This document shows positions 1 through 11,111 of a DNA stretch of 64,000 nt, piece by piece (the stretch's first letter is position 1; each line of letters opens with the position of its first letter). Below the pieces are notes generated by a model, which had not been told where the DNA came from, made no database searches, and saw only the letters and a program-made list of their open reading frames with translations. This stretch comes from an uncultured bacterium (GTDB taxonomy: Bacteria > Verrucomicrobiota > Verrucomicrobiia > Limisphaerales > UBA8199): assembly GCA_963749495.1 (NCBI GenBank), contig CAVVMW010000001.1, positions 672,001 through 736,000 on the forward strand, in the 5' to 3' direction. The translations under genes were made by a program, and so were the position numbers.

Positions 1-8
1 CCGTTCAC

Positions 9-2048
9 GTGACGGTGACCAGTGACACGCCGGGTGTGGCCATCCCGTCCGGCGCTGTGAACGGAGCCGTGACGCTGACATTCCCCGCCGGGGGCGCCAA
101 CGAGCAGACCCTCGGCATCCAATCCGTGGCCGTGGGCGGGGCGATCTTCTCCATGAGCAACGACATCAATATGGGCAGCGCCAACTCGCTCGAGGTCGCG
201 GTCGTGCTCGGCCCCGGGGTCCGGCTCACCGAGAATTTTTCCGGAACCGCGCTCAACACCAACGTCTGGCAGGTGGATAACAATGGTTTCGAGACGACCG
301 GCGTAGGCACCTTCAGCGTCAGCGTGGGCGGCAACACACTGAACCTCAGCGGAACCTGCAACCAAATGAGCTACTGGCCGGGCATAGCGATCGAGACGGT
401 AAACGCCTTCACCGCCACGCCCGAACTGCCCCTGGCTTTCGACATGGACCGGCTTTACGTGGATGTGATCAGCCCCTTGACCTTCATAAACGACACTGGG
501 GCCAGGACCGGTGTGTACATCACCACCGCGGGCCGCTCCCCAACCAACGCGGCCAATCGTTACGTGTTTTTCGGCCAGGACTATGGCGAGACGGGTTGGG
601 AGGTGAATGTCAACCCGGGCACCCCCACCGGCGCCGGCACCTCCATCAGCCAATTCACCAGCCTCAACGACACCAATAAACATCATCTCAGGCTCCTGGC
701 CGATGGCAGCCAGGTGCAAGTCTTCGTGGACGGGCAATCGGGAGGCGCGTACCCCTTCGCGGCGACTGCGGGGGTTCGTTTTGAGATCGGGGCGTACGCG
801 CGCGCGGTTGGGGATGCGATTGAAGGGGACTTTGCCAACGTGCAGATTGCGAACATCCTGCCCCCGATTACCGTTTCGCCAGTCACGATTGAGACCCAGT
901 CCGGAGTCAATACGAACGTGCTTACGGTGACGGTCCCGTCGTTGCGCACCACGAACATCGCAGTGACCATCACGAGCCAGAACCCGAGTGTGGCCGTGCC
1001 TCAGGGGGCGGTCAACGGGGTGCTGACGCTCCAGTTCCCCAGCGGGGCAGCCAACGTCCAGACCTTCAACTTGGTGGCGGCCGGCATCGGCCAGACCTCT
1101 TTGGTCATCACCAACAATCAAGCCTCGCCGATTACGGGCAGCAGCGTGGCCCTTACGGTGACCAGTCCCCTCATGGTGTGGTTCAGCGACAAGTTCACAA
1201 GCAGCGTCTTGAACGCGAATTATTGGAACCTGAGCACCAACTCGCCGGGTGTGGACAACACGCTGACCAATTCGTTTGTGTCCACCACCAACGGTTTGCT
1301 GGAGATGTACGCGGACGCCGTAGCCTCGGCGACCAGTTATTTGTGGGCCGGCTACGGTCTTTACATGACGACGTTGTACAACGCGAGCGTGCTCTCGCCG
1401 ATTGTATTCGAGGTGGACCGAACCGCGATGACGCCCACGTTGGTCGGCGGCAATATAACATTGGAATGGACGGGCGTCTGGGTCCTGGCCCCCGACACGA
1501 ACTATGTGTGGTTTGGAGATTATGACACGCATATGGGCCAGGCCGGCGGCTGGGAGTACTTCGACTCGATTGGCGCGACCACCAACTCGCCGCTGGCGGG
1601 CGTGGGCGTCGTGCTGTCCGCATTCTCCCCGCCGGCGTTCAACGATCTGGGCAATCACCATATAAAGGTGGAAGTCAACGGGAGCGTTGTAGAATTTTTT
1701 GTGGACGGCATTTACGGCGGCTCAGCGCCGTTCCCATACACGAACGGGATCTCGTTCGGGCTCGGTTCTTACGTGGATACCGCCAACGGTTTAGGCACTA
1801 TCCTGGACGCTTATTTTGCCAACGTGACGGTCTCCGGCCCGGGGGCGGGGCACGTAACGCTCGGTCCGCTGACGATCACGAGACAGGCGAACGGCACATT
1901 CGTGATCAGTTGGACCGGGCCCGGCACACTCCAATCGTCCAGTTCGCTGACGAGCGGATGGAGCGATGTGACCCCGGCGCCGACAGGCACCACTTACACG
2001 GTGACTCCCTCCGGCAAGCCAGGGCAGTTCTTCCGGCTCCGCCAATAA
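9..2048 (+). CDS. Large secreted/surface protein, 5'-partial, with repeated Ig-like and LamG/lectin-like modules and a C-terminal sorting-type domain
   Basis: ORF open from the window edge. Internal repeats (VAIPSGAVNGAVTLTFP / VAVPQGAVNGVLTLQFP; FVDGQSGGAYPF / FVDGIYGGSAPF). C-terminus ISWTGPGTLQSSSSL...QFFRLRQ is typical of verrucomicrobial surface proteins. Confidence 0.7.
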   Translation: MTVTSDTPGVAIPSGAVNGAVTLTFPAGGANEQTLGIQSVAVGGAIFSMSNDINMGSANSLEVAVVLGPGVRLTENFSGTALNTNVWQVDNNGFETTGVGTFSVSVGGNTLNLSGTCNQMSYWPGIAIETVNAFTATPELPLAFDMDRLYVDVISPLTFINDTGARTGVYITTAGRSPTNAANRYVFFGQDYGETGWEVNVNPGTPTGAGTSISQFTSLNDTNKHHLRLLADGSQVQVFVDGQSGGAYPFAATAGVRFEIGAYARAVGDAIEGDFANVQIANILPPITVSPVTIETQSGVNTNVLTVTVPSLRTTNIAVTITSQNPSVAVPQGAVNGVLTLQFPSGAANVQTFNLVAAGIGQTSLVITNNQASPITGSSVALTVTSPLMVWFSDKFTSSVLNANYWNLSTNSPGVDNTLTNSFVSTTNGLLEMYADAVASATSYLWAGYGLYMTTLYNASVLSPIVFEVDRTAMTPTLVGGNITLEWTGVWVLAPDTNYVWFGDYDTHMGQAGGWEYFDSIGATTNSPLAGVGVVLSAFSPPAFNDLGNHHIKVEVNGSVVEFFVDGIYGGSAPFPYTNGISFGLGSYVDTANGLGTILDAYFANVTVSGPGAGHVTLGPLTITRQANGTFVISWTGPGTLQSSSSLTSGWSDVTPAPTGTTYTVTPSGKPGQFFRLRQ

Positions 2049-2063
2049 GGCCGGGTTAGGCGC

Positions 2064-5000
2064 GTGAGAATACAGGCGCTGGGTCTGGCCGTGGGGTTGC
2101 TCCTTTGGGAGGCCCCGGGCCACCGGGCGAGAGCTGAGGCCTGGCAAACCGCCAGCGGCTGCCGATGGGCGCCGCTGGCGGTGCCAGCGGGCGGCAAGAC
2201 CGGCTTCACCGAAGTGCCGCCGGAACAGACGGGCATCACCTTCACCAACTGGCTGCCTCAAGAACGCTACCTCACCAACCAGATTCTGCTCAACGGTTCG
2301 GGCGTGGCGGCCGGCGACGTGGACGGCGACGGGCTGTGCGACCTGTTCTTCTGCGGCATCGACCGGCCCTGCGCGCTCTACCGCAACCTGGGCCATTGGA
2401 AGTTCCAGGACATTACGGCCGAGGCGGGAGTGGCGTGCGCCGGCCAGGCCTCGACAGGCGCCGTGTTCGCCGACGTGGATGGAGACGGGCACCTGGATCT
2501 GCTGGTCAACGGGGTGGGGACAGGCACGCGCCTGTTTCTCAACGACGGCAACGGGCACTTTCACGAAGTCACCGACCAATGGGGGTTGCGAAGCCGTTCG
2601 GGCAGCATGTCAATGGCGCTGGCCGACGTGGACGGCGACGGCTTTCTGGATTTGTACGTGGCCAACTACCGGAGACTCGACGATGCGGGACGAGCTCCAA
2701 GTCAGGCTCACCACGGCTGTCACCAACAACCACTACACAGTCCTGGCCGTCAACGGGCGCCCGGCCAGCGAACCCGATCTCGTGGGACGTTATACCGTGG
2801 ACCCGGTCATGGGCTTGCTCGAGAACGGCGAGGCCCATGCCTTCTATCGCAACAGCGGACACGGCCGCTTTGTGAAGATGAGCTGGACCGACGGCACGTT
2901 CCTGGACGAAGACGGCCGCCCCAGCGCCGTGCCTTACGATTGGGGCCTCTCGGTGATGTTCCGGGATTTGAACGGAGACGGCGCTCCGGACCTCTACGTC
3001 TGCAACGATTTTCATTCCCCCGATCGGATCTGGCTCAACGACGGGCACGGCCGGTTCCGGGCCATTCCGCGCGTGGCGTTGAGGCACACGAGTTTGTTCT
3101 CGATGGGGGTGGATTTCGCGGATATCGATCGCGACGGGCGCGATGACTTTTTTGTGGCGGACATGCTCAGCCGCAAGCACTCGAGCCGGCAGGTGCAGTT
3201 GATGGACCGGCCGGCCCTGCCGTTGCCGCTGGGGGCAATCGAAAACCGGCCGCAGTATTCCCGCAACACCTTGTTTTGGAACCGCGGGGACGGGACTTAC
3301 GCGGAGATTGCCCAGTATGCCGGCGTGGAGGCCTCGGACTGGACGTGGTGCCCGGTGTTTCTGGACGTTGACCTGGACGGCTTCGAGGACCTGCTCCTGG
3401 TGACGGGTCATTTGCGGGACGCCCAGAATATCGATATCTCCCGGCGCATTGAACGGTTGAGGCGGGAGAAGGGGGGCTCGCGCAGCGAGCAGTTGAGTCT
3501 GCGAAAGATGTTCCTGCCGCTCGATGTGCCCAACCTGGCCTTTCGGAACCGGGGCGACCTGACCTTCGAGGAGGTCGGCCGGGCCTGGGGATTCGATTCC
3601 CACAAGGTCTCCCAGGGAGTGGCCCTGGCGGACCTGGATAACGACGGCAACCTGGACGTGGTCATCAACTGCCTGAACGATGGGCCGCTGCTCCTGCGCA
3701 ACGAGACCTCTCGCCCGCGCCTGGCGGTGCGGTTGCGCGGGCTGGCGCCAAACACACGCGGCATCGGCTCGCGCATCAAGGTGTCCCAGGCGGGCATGCC
3801 CGACCAAAGCCAGGAGATGATCTGTGGCGGACGCTACTTGTCCGGCGACGATGCGGAGCGGGTGTTCGCGGTCAAGAGCCTGGAGAGTGAGTTGACCATC
3901 GAGGTGCGGTGGCGCAGCGGACGGCGCAGCCTCATTCCCAAGGCCGGAGCCAACCGGATTTATGAGATTGACGAGAGCCAGGCCAGGCCGGCGGGGGCGG
4001 ATGTGCGGGAACAAGGCCCCGCTCAGGGCGGGAGCGACACGGCGGGAAGACCCCTCACCCCAACCCTCTCCCCTTCCGAAGGGGCGAGGGAGAGTTCTCG
4101 GCAGCGGCTTGAGAAAGCGGCGGCGCCGGGAAGTTCCAGAGACGGCCAGGGCTTCTCCCTCTCCCCTTCCGAAGGGGAGAGGGCCGGGGTGAGGGGTCCC
4201 CCCCGCACTTCGTCTCCGCCTTCACCGACTGATCACCTCCGGCAGGCCCCGCGACCCATGTTCACCGATGTCAGCGACCTGATTCGCCACCGTCATGCCG
4301 AGGAAGAGTATGATGATTACCAGCGGCAGCCTTTGTTGCCGCACAAGCTCAGCCAGCTCGGCCCGGGGTGGCGTGGTTCGATTTGGATGGTGATGGCTGG
4401 GAGGACCTGATCGTGGCCAGTGGACCTGGGGGACGGTTGGCCGTCTTCAAGAACGATGGCAGAGGCGGCTTCGTGGCCTGGACCGGACCGCCATTTGATG
4501 CGGCGGTGTCGCGGAGCCAAACCGCCGTAGTCGGGTGGCGAGAGGCCCCGGGGGGCGCGCCCAGGCTGGTGGCCGGCTCGGCCAATTACCAAGATGGGCA
4601 GACCAATGGCGCCGTCGCCCAGTGGTACGACATGGGCCGCAAGACCATCCTGGATGTGCTGCCGGGACAGGCCTCCAGCACCGGGCCATTGGCCGTGGCG
4701 GACATTGACGGGGACGGGCACTTGGGATTGTTCGTGGGCGGCCGGGTCATTCCCGGGCGGTTTCCCGAGCCGGCAGCCTCTTTGATTTTTCGCAGCAGGC
4801 AAGGAGGGCCGCAGGCCGAGCCTGCCTTGTGCGCGGCCTTGGCGCGCGTGGGATTGGTCAGCGCGGCCATCTGGAGCGATTTGACGGGTCAGGGCTGGCC
4901 GAGTTGGTCCTGGCCTGCGAGGGCGGGCCGATCCGCGTGTTCAGCTTCGATCAGGGGCAAGCGCGTGAACTCACCGATGCGTTGGGGCTGGGAAGGTATC

Positions 5001-5998
5001 TCGGGCTGTGGAACAGCGTCGCCGTGGGGGATTTCGACGGAGACGGCCGTATGGATATCGTGGCGGGCAACTGGGGCCGAAATACCAAGTACCAGAGCCA
5101 CCTGGCGCAGCCAATGCACTTCTACTATGGCGAGCCGGATGACTCCGGGATAATGGCGGTCATCGAGGCCTATTATGACCCCGAGTTGGACAAAATCGTT
5201 CCCTGGCGGGATTGGGAAACGCTTTCGAGGCCGATGCCATTCATCCGCGACCGTTATCAGAATTTCACGCAGTTCAGCACTGCGGGCGTCCAGGAATTCA
5301 TGGGGACACGGATGGCGCGGCTGCAGGATATGCCCATCAACACGCTGGAGAGCATGCTCTTTCTGAATCGCGGCGATCATTTCGAGGCGCGGCCCTTGCC
5401 CCCAGAGGCCCAGTTTGCGCCAATCTTCGGGATCGCCGTCGGGGATGTGGACGGGGACGGCAAAGAGGACGTGGTCGTCAGCCAAAACTTCTCCCAGGTC
5501 CCGCCTTTGACATCGAGGCTCGATGGCGGGCGCGGATTGTGGCTCAGGGGCGACGGTCATGGGGCTCTGGAAGTTGTGCCTGGACAGCAGAGCGGGCTCG
5601 CCATTTACGGTGATGGCCGGGGCGTGGCGCTTTGTGATTACGACCATGACGGCCGAGTGGACCTGGTCGTGGCGCAGAATGCCAGTGCAACCAAGCTCTA
5701 CCGGAACATCGGCGGCAAACCGGGCTTAAGGGTGCTCCTGGAGGGTCCTCCCGGCAATCCTCAGGGCATCGGCGCCCAGTTGCGCCTCCAATACCAAGGT
5801 GGCCGGCAGGGGCCCGCCCGTGAGGTCCATGCCGGCGGTGGATACTGGTTGCAGGATTCGGCTGCACAGGTGCTGGGCCTGGACGGTGAGGTCGAGGCAG
5901 TCCTCGTGCGCTGGCCGGGCGGCAAAACCACGCGGATGCCGGTGCGCCCGGGACTGCGTGAAGTCCACATCACCCCGCCCCGCCAAAGCGGTGTGTAG
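2064..5998 (+). CDS. FG-GAP/VCBS-repeat, ASPIC/UnbV (CRTAC1-like) protein, split by about 3 frameshifts
   Basis: Signal peptide and many GDxDGDGxxD repeats across ORFs 2064-3146, 2479-4410, 4368-5153 and 4829-5998. Two ASPIC/UnbV-like segments (GIGSRIKV...GGRYLSG; GIGAQLRL...GGGYWLQ...VRWPGG). Confidence 0.85.
4049..4198. repeat. REP-like palindromic element, family A, translated in frame within the CRTAC1-like gene
   Basis: gacccctcacccc...ggggtgaggggtc termini with two internal ctctcccc...gggg.gag hairpins. A homologous copy lies at 35189-35336. Confidence 0.85.
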
Positions 5999-6057
5999 AA
6001 TAAATGAACAGAGGGGAGACCACCCGCCCCTCTCGATCAACCTACGAGGTCCGCAAG

Positions 6058-6142
6058 GTTTTGGAGTGCGCCAGTCCTCTGGCGCTTTCGCGTCCGCAGC
6101 CAGGGGACAGAAAAGCGGCAGAGGACTGCCGCAGTCCAAAAC
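6058..6142. repeat. Palindromic element, family B
   Basis: gttttggagtgcgccagtcctctggcgcttt...aaagcggcagaggactgccgcagtccaaaac. Second copy at 19308-19393. Confidence 0.85.
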
Positions 6143-6166
6143 GCAAGCGCGGCCGGGACGGCCGGG

Positions 6167-6580
6167 ATGGCGGGCGGCCATCCGAGGCGCATCTTCGCCG
6201 GCGTGTTCTTGAGCGTCCTGGCGCTCTTGGCGCTCGGGATTCTGCTCATGGTTTGGGAGCGCCAGCGGGCTACCCGGATCGCGCGCGTCCCCGCGACGCC
6301 GCAGGTTGTCGCTACCCCGGCGCACACGGGTGACATCGGGGTCTATCTCAGTGGCTACGTGGGTACGGTGGAGACATCGAATTCCGTGGTCTTCTCCATC
6401 TCACAAGACGAGGTCCAGGAAGTCGTTCATAAGTTCGATGCCGGCGAGTCCTTGGTTGTGAAGGCTTATAACGCCCGGACCAGGCCACAGTGCAATCAAA
6501 CAGAGGATTGGGAATGGGCCTCAGGGCCGAAGGCCCGTCATGTGATAGCCCGGGCTGAAGCGAAGCGGAGGCCCGGGTAA
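6167..6580 (+). pseudogene. Truncated MdtA-like RND periplasmic adaptor fragment
   Basis: TM anchor then VVATPAHTGDIGVYLSGYVGTVETSNSV. The ORF runs into the family G palindrome and lacks the rest of the adaptor. Confidence 0.5.
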
Positions 6581-6748
6581 GCGAGTGCCCCTCGAACAAT
6601 CCCCCGGCCTGCTATGGGCGGGACGCGTTGCCCAGGCATCTGAGCCTGTGGCGCCCTTGCAGGGCGCAGGAGGTTATGGCCCGAGGACCTGGGCCTCCGC
6701 TCGCAGACTCGCTCCAGCCCAGGCTGTCACATTTCGGGCCTTCAGCCC
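6523..6748. repeat. Nested palindromic element, family G
   Basis: agggccgaaggccc...gggccttcagccc termini with an internal gcgcccttgcagggcgc hairpin. Confidence 0.7.
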
Positions 6749-6831
6749 GGGGACGGGGGTTTGCCGTCGCCCTGGGCCGGAACCCTTTGGGAGACCTTCT
6801 GCAGAAGATGAGTAGATAGAACTCTGCAGCA

Positions 6832-7000
6832 ATGTTGCGCCTGAGAAACCTGGTAAGACTCGCGCCAGCCGGCAAACGGCCGGTGGAAGAGACCGCCTCC
6901 GCGCCGGACACTCAGCTTGTGCTCGCGGCGCGGCAGGGCGACAAGCGGGCGTTTGTGGAAATCGTGGCGCGGCACCAGGCCATGGTCTGCGGAATCGCTC
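6832..7000 (+). pseudogene. N-terminal fragment of an ECF sigma factor
   Basis: DTQLVLAARQGDKRAFVEIVARHQAMVCGIA matches the start of ECF sigma region 1.2/2. Similarity stops abruptly, and the frame continues into the protease ORF. Confidence 0.6.
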
Positions 7001-7050
7001 GCCACTTGGCGGAGGTCTGTTATGCTTGGGCGGCGATCTGGAAGAAAGTC

Positions 7051-7464
7051 ATGGGCTTGATACATGTCACGACCACCCTGCGCGCGCGTGAAAATGCGCG
7101 GAAGAAATACGTCGCCGAGTTCCTCGTCGACACGGGAGCGACCGACAGCCTGGTGCCGGCCAAGGAACTGAAAAGGGCGGGAATCAAACCCCGCGGGCGA
7201 ATGGCCTATGAATTGGCCGACGGCCAGACAGTGGAGTACGATTTCGGTTTGGCTGAGATTGAGTTCATGGGGGAGATCACGTCTGGCCGCGTTATCTTCG
7301 GTCCCGACGACGCCGAACCGCTCTTAGGCGCGACCGCCCTTGAATCGGTGGGCATTCTGGTGGACCCCGCCAATCACACCCTCAAACGAATGCCGGCCAT
7401 ACCGCTGAAATCAGCGGCGATGGAGGGGTCCTCAAGGCATAACTTTGGAGAGGTCTTTCCCTGA
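7051..7464 (+). CDS. Clan AA retropepsin-like aspartic protease (AF_0612-like)
   Basis: FLVDTGATDS catalytic motif, YELADG, and PLLGATALESVG. Confidence 0.85.
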   Translation: MGLIHVTTTLRARENARKKYVAEFLVDTGATDSLVPAKELKRAGIKPRGRMAYELADGQTVEYDFGLAEIEFMGEITSGRVIFGPDDAEPLLGATALESVGILVDPANHTLKRMPAIPLKSAAMEGSSRHNFGEVFP

Positions 7465-7475
7465 ACCGATCTTAC

Positions 7476-7504
7476 TTGCTCGGAAACGCGCGCTGAATTA
7501 GGCT
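7476..7504 (+). promoter_or_regulatory. Putative sigma70 promoter of hicB (leaderless spacing)
   Basis: TTGCTC-17 nt-TAGGCT, followed after 6 nt by the ATG at 7511. Confidence 0.45.
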
Positions 7505-7510
7505 GCCGGT

Positions 7511-7750
7511 ATGAAGCGTTGTCAGGAATACGCCATTGATTATTTCCAGGACGAGGACGGAATGTTCACCGCGGAAGTGCCGGCAATTCGCGGCTGTGTG
7601 GCCTGGGGAAAGACGTTGCGCGAAGCGCATCGCAATGCCGTGGACGCGATTGAAAGTTGCATCGAGGCACGCGCAAAGGTTGCGGCTGGAAAACCGCGCA
7701 AGCCACGTTACGCGGGCCTGAACATCTACCGCCGCCCGGTTCATGCCTAA
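7511..7750 (+). CDS. hicB: HicB-family antitoxin
   Basis: DEDGMFTAEVPAIRGCVAWGKTLREAHRNAVDAIE is the HicB N-terminal signature. Confidence 0.85.
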   Translation: MKRCQEYAIDYFQDEDGMFTAEVPAIRGCVAWGKTLREAHRNAVDAIESCIEARAKVAAGKPRKPRYAGLNIYRRPVHA

Positions 7751-7841
7751 GCTCGTGCCAATCTCGCATCGCGAGTTGGCACGCAAGCTCCGGCGCGCGG
7801 GCTTTGTGGAAATTCGCACCAGCCGCCATCCGGTTTATTAA
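7743..7841 (+). pseudogene. hicA: Truncated HicA-family toxin (32 aa)
   Basis: MPKLVPISHRELARKLRRAGFVEIRTSRHPVY*. Overlaps the hicB stop and lacks the C-terminal half. Confidence 0.7.
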
Positions 7842-7919
7842 ATCATTACCGCCGACTCAAGGCGCGCCGACATTCGTCTCGCCTGCGCCCTTCTGAGCGT
7901 CCGGTGCCGGAGTCATTTA

Positions 7920-9027
7920 TTACCGCCTCCGTACCTGCTCAATTTGACCGCTTCTGCAAGATCCTCTCGGCGTTTGCCGCGTACACCTTGCGCAGGGTTT
8001 CGTCCCCAGCCCCAGGCCGTGCAGCGGCCAGTGGTAGGTGGACAGGTCCCAGTCATAGAAGTGCTCATCCTCGGTTTCCAGGATGCGGAAGGTGGTCAGG
8101 TACATCGGTTTGCCGCGGCCCATGTCGGTGCCATAGACAAGGCGGTCCTGGTACTTCTCGTAGAACTTCCGGGCGGCGCGGGGAATCGGGGCGGTTTCGG
8201 CATACCGCGCGCTGATGTCGGCGTAGAGGTTGGGGTATTGGTCGAAGAGGGCGCCGAGCCTGGCCAGGTCGAAACAGCAGTTGGCGAAGTGGCAGGCAAC
8301 GAAAAGTGTGCGGGGGTGTTTTTTGACCGCGCGTTCGAGCGTGCCGAGCAGTTCGGCATGGGAGAGGATGTTGGTCTGGTTGTCCAGGCGCCAGGCGTAG
8401 GCGTTCATCGAGCCCGTCGTTGTACTTGTCCATCGGCTGGTACATCCACATCGGGTCGGCCACGTGAATGCTGATCGGGATGCCGAGTTGGCCGCATTTG
8501 TCCAGGAGCGGGTCCATGCGGGGATCGTCCAGGTGCATGCCCCAGGCCTGGGGCACGTTGTAGAAGAGGCCCTTGCCTTTGTCGCCCTCTTCGCCCACAC
8601 CCTCGGCCCCCGCTCTAAAGCACCGCTCCAACTCCGCCACCGCCGCCGGCCCATAGCCAGGCTGATCGTAGCCGGTGTAATCAAACCCGCACCAGACCGA
8701 GAACCGGCCCGGATGTTTCTTGTAGCGGGCCACAACCGCGTCGAAGGCCTTGCCGTGCGCCATGGACAGGACCACGGATTTCTGAATGCCCAACTCGTCC
8801 ATCGTGCGCACCCACTGGGCGACCTGCTCGTCGGTCTTCGCGTAATCGTGCGCGTGCATGTCGATGACCGGGAACCGGGCCCGGGTGAGCCGGGTCTCCG
8901 GGATTTTGTAGATGGAGCGCGGCCGATAGTCCTTGAGCAGCAACCGCTCCGGCCCTGCCTCCTGGGCCGCCCCAATGCTGCCGGCGAAAGAGAGCAACAC
9001 GACTATCAACTGCGTCTTTTCAAACAT
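7920..9027 (-). CDS. Amidohydrolase-2 family protein with signal peptide, frameshifted
   Basis: VIDMHAH and ISIHVADP in ORF 8065-9027. FVACHF, LYADISAR and LVYGTD in ORF 7920-8975. Confidence 0.85.
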
Positions 9028-9090
9028 AATTGCCTTTCTGGTTCGACAATGTTAAATCTCCTCGGAAACCGGCTGAAAGCGCCCGAGTCC

Positions 9091-9280
9091 TGTCCCGGAG
9101 GGACATCTGAGAATAGCCCAACGTTTCAACGTTGGGTTCACACGCACCGAATGAGCATGAGTCCCGTAGGGACGGCTGAAATCAACCGTCTTTTCAGCCG
9201 TCCCTACGGGACTTATTCCCCCGTGGCGGCTAAACCCAACGTTGAAACGTTGGGCTATTGTCAAGTGTCCCTCCGGGACA
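9091..9280. repeat. Nested palindromic element, family C
   Basis: tgtcccggagggaca / aatagcccaacgtttcaacgttggg / agtcccgtagggacggctgaa, each mirrored. Related copies at 33180-33225 (half) and 50561-50752. Confidence 0.9.
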
Positions 9281-9328
9281 AGACTGATCAGGCTGGCTGC
9301 TTTTCCGAGGAAATCTAACTTTGTCCAA

Positions 9329-10642
9329 CTACACACACTGCGTCACCCCCGGAACGGCAACCTCGGACTTTGGCGGTTTGGCCTCCCAGGCATAGCCCTC
9401 GGGCGAAAGGTCCTCCTTCGAGTTGAGGGCCTGCTCCCAAGTGATCTTCTGTCCCGTGTAAGTGGCCATCCGGCCCAAAATCGCCATGAGCGTGCTCTTG
9501 GCCATGTATTCTCCGTTGTTGACGGCCTTGCCGGACCGCACACTGGCGAAGAGCTCCTCGTGCTCGGTCACGAAGTTATTGTTCTTTTCTCCCCGATAGC
9601 TCCACGGGGTCTCGCCGGTAATGGCCAGGCCGCGCGAGTTGATGACTGCCGTTCCTCGGGTCCCCGTCACCTCGGCGGAGACGTCGTTTACGCCCCCCGC
9701 CTGCTGGCGGCAATAAGCATGGAGCTTCATGCCATTGGCATATTCATAAATGACCGAGTGATGGTCGTAGATGTTGCCGTAGTCCGGGCCGGTGCGGACC
9801 TGGCGTCCGCCCAGGCCCATGGCGCTGACCGGATATTGGCCCTGCATGATCCAGGCGCAGGTGTCCAGCATGTGTACGTGCTGCTCGACGTTGAAATCTC
9901 CGCAAAGCCAGGTGAAGTAGTACCAATTGCGCATCTGGTACTCCATGTCCGTCCATTCCGCCCGGCGCGGCTTGACCCAGAGCGGCCCGCGAAAATCGTT
10001 CGCCTGCAGCGCACGGATCTCGCCGACGGCCCCCTCGTGAATCCTGCGCACCGTCTCCCGGTGGCCAAACGAATACCGCATCACCAGCCCCGAGATTATC
10101 GTAAGGTTCTTTCTCCGCGCCTCCTCGCACGTGCTCAACACCGACCGCACGCCCGGACCGTCCACCGCCACCGGCTTCTCGGCGAACACGTGTTTGCCGG
10201 CCTCGACGGCGGCCTTGAGGTGGATGGGCCGAAAATGCGGCGGCGTGGCCAGCAGCACCACGTCCACGCCGCTCCCAATGACCTGCTGGTAGGCATCGAA
10301 CCCGACGAAACACCTCTCCTCGGGCGCCTCGATTCTGGACGAAATCTCCTTCTGTTTCCTGAGTTCGTCGAGGCTGGTTTGCAGCCGGTCCTTGAAGGCA
10401 TCGCCCATGGCCACCAGCTTGGTATTTGGATCTGCGGTCAGTGCGTTGGCCGCGGCGCCGGTCCCACGCCCGCCGCAGCCAATTAAGCCCAGGCGCAGGA
10501 TCGCGCCGGGGGCAACCGCCCCCTCCGCCGCCAGGACACGGCTGGCTAGAAACGGCCCGGCCAGGGCCGCCGTGGTCGAGGATTTGAGGAATTGGCGCCG
10601 GGACAGTTCCGGGGCGCCGCTGGTTTGGAGGTTTTCTTTCAT
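9329..10642 (-). CDS. Gfo/Idh/MocA oxidoreductase with Tat signal
   Basis: SRRQFLK Tat motif, GLIGCGGRG, ATPPHFRP and VFAEKP. Confidence 0.92.
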   Translation of the reverse strand: MKENLQTSGAPELSRRQFLKSSTTAALAGPFLASRVLAAEGAVAPGAILRLGLIGCGGRGTGAAANALTADPNTKLVAMGDAFKDRLQTSLDELRKQKEISSRIEAPEERCFVGFDAYQQVIGSGVDVVLLATPPHFRPIHLKAAVEAGKHVFAEKPVAVDGPGVRSVLSTCEEARRKNLTIISGLVMRYSFGHRETVRRIHEGAVGEIRALQANDFRGPLWVKPRRAEWTDMEYQMRNWYYFTWLCGDFNVEQHVHMLDTCAWIMQGQYPVSAMGLGGRQVRTGPDYGNIYDHHSVIYEYANGMKLHAYCRQQAGGVNDVSAEVTGTRGTAVINSRGLAITGETPWSYRGEKNNNFVTEHEELFASVRSGKAVNNGEYMAKSTLMAILGRMATYTGQKITWEQALNSKEDLSPEGYAWEAKPPKSEVAVPGVTQCV

Positions 10643-10796
10643 GTTGTCTCGTCGGACTGGAGCTTGCAGCCGTTGTGGCTCGCAAAAGGCCCCGGCCGAC
10701 TTCTCAGGAGTCTGACATACGTGTCAACCGCCTCAAAGCCGGAAATACCCGACCGTCCGATCTAGAGCGCCTGGCCTGAGTCACGTCAGCCCCCCG

Positions 10797-10825
10797 TTGA
10801 CGCGCTCCCGTTATCGTCGTAATAT
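10797..10825 (+). promoter_or_regulatory. Putative sigma70 promoter of the Phd/RelE module (leaderless spacing)
   Basis: TTGACG-17 nt-TAATAT, followed after 7 nt by the ATG at 10833. Confidence 0.55.
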
Positions 10826-10832
10826 CGCCGAT

Positions 10833-11111
10833 ATGAAGACGTTGTCTCCAACCGAAGCCCGGGCTAACCTGACCTCGTGGCTCAAGCGCGCGGCTGCCGG
10901 CGAGGAGATCGGGATCTTGTGCGGCAACAAGGTCATTGCGTTGCAGCCGGTCGAAGTCCAGTCCGTCAATTACGCGCTCCGGGAGTACGCGCTTGCGCGC
11001 GTGGAACTCGGCCAATGGACCGAGAACATGGACCATGAAATCGAGCAGGAACGCGCCAAGGGAGATCTCCGCCGCTACTCCGGCAACCTCGAAGCCGATC
11101 TTCGAGATTGA
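10833..11111 (+). CDS. Phd/YefM-like antitoxin
   Basis: MKTLSPTEARANLTSWLKRAAAGEEIGI matches the Phd N-terminal pattern. Confidence 0.75.
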   Translation: MKTLSPTEARANLTSWLKRAAAGEEIGILCGNKVIALQPVEVQSVNYALREYALARVELGQWTENMDHEIEQERAKGDLRRYSGNLEADLRD

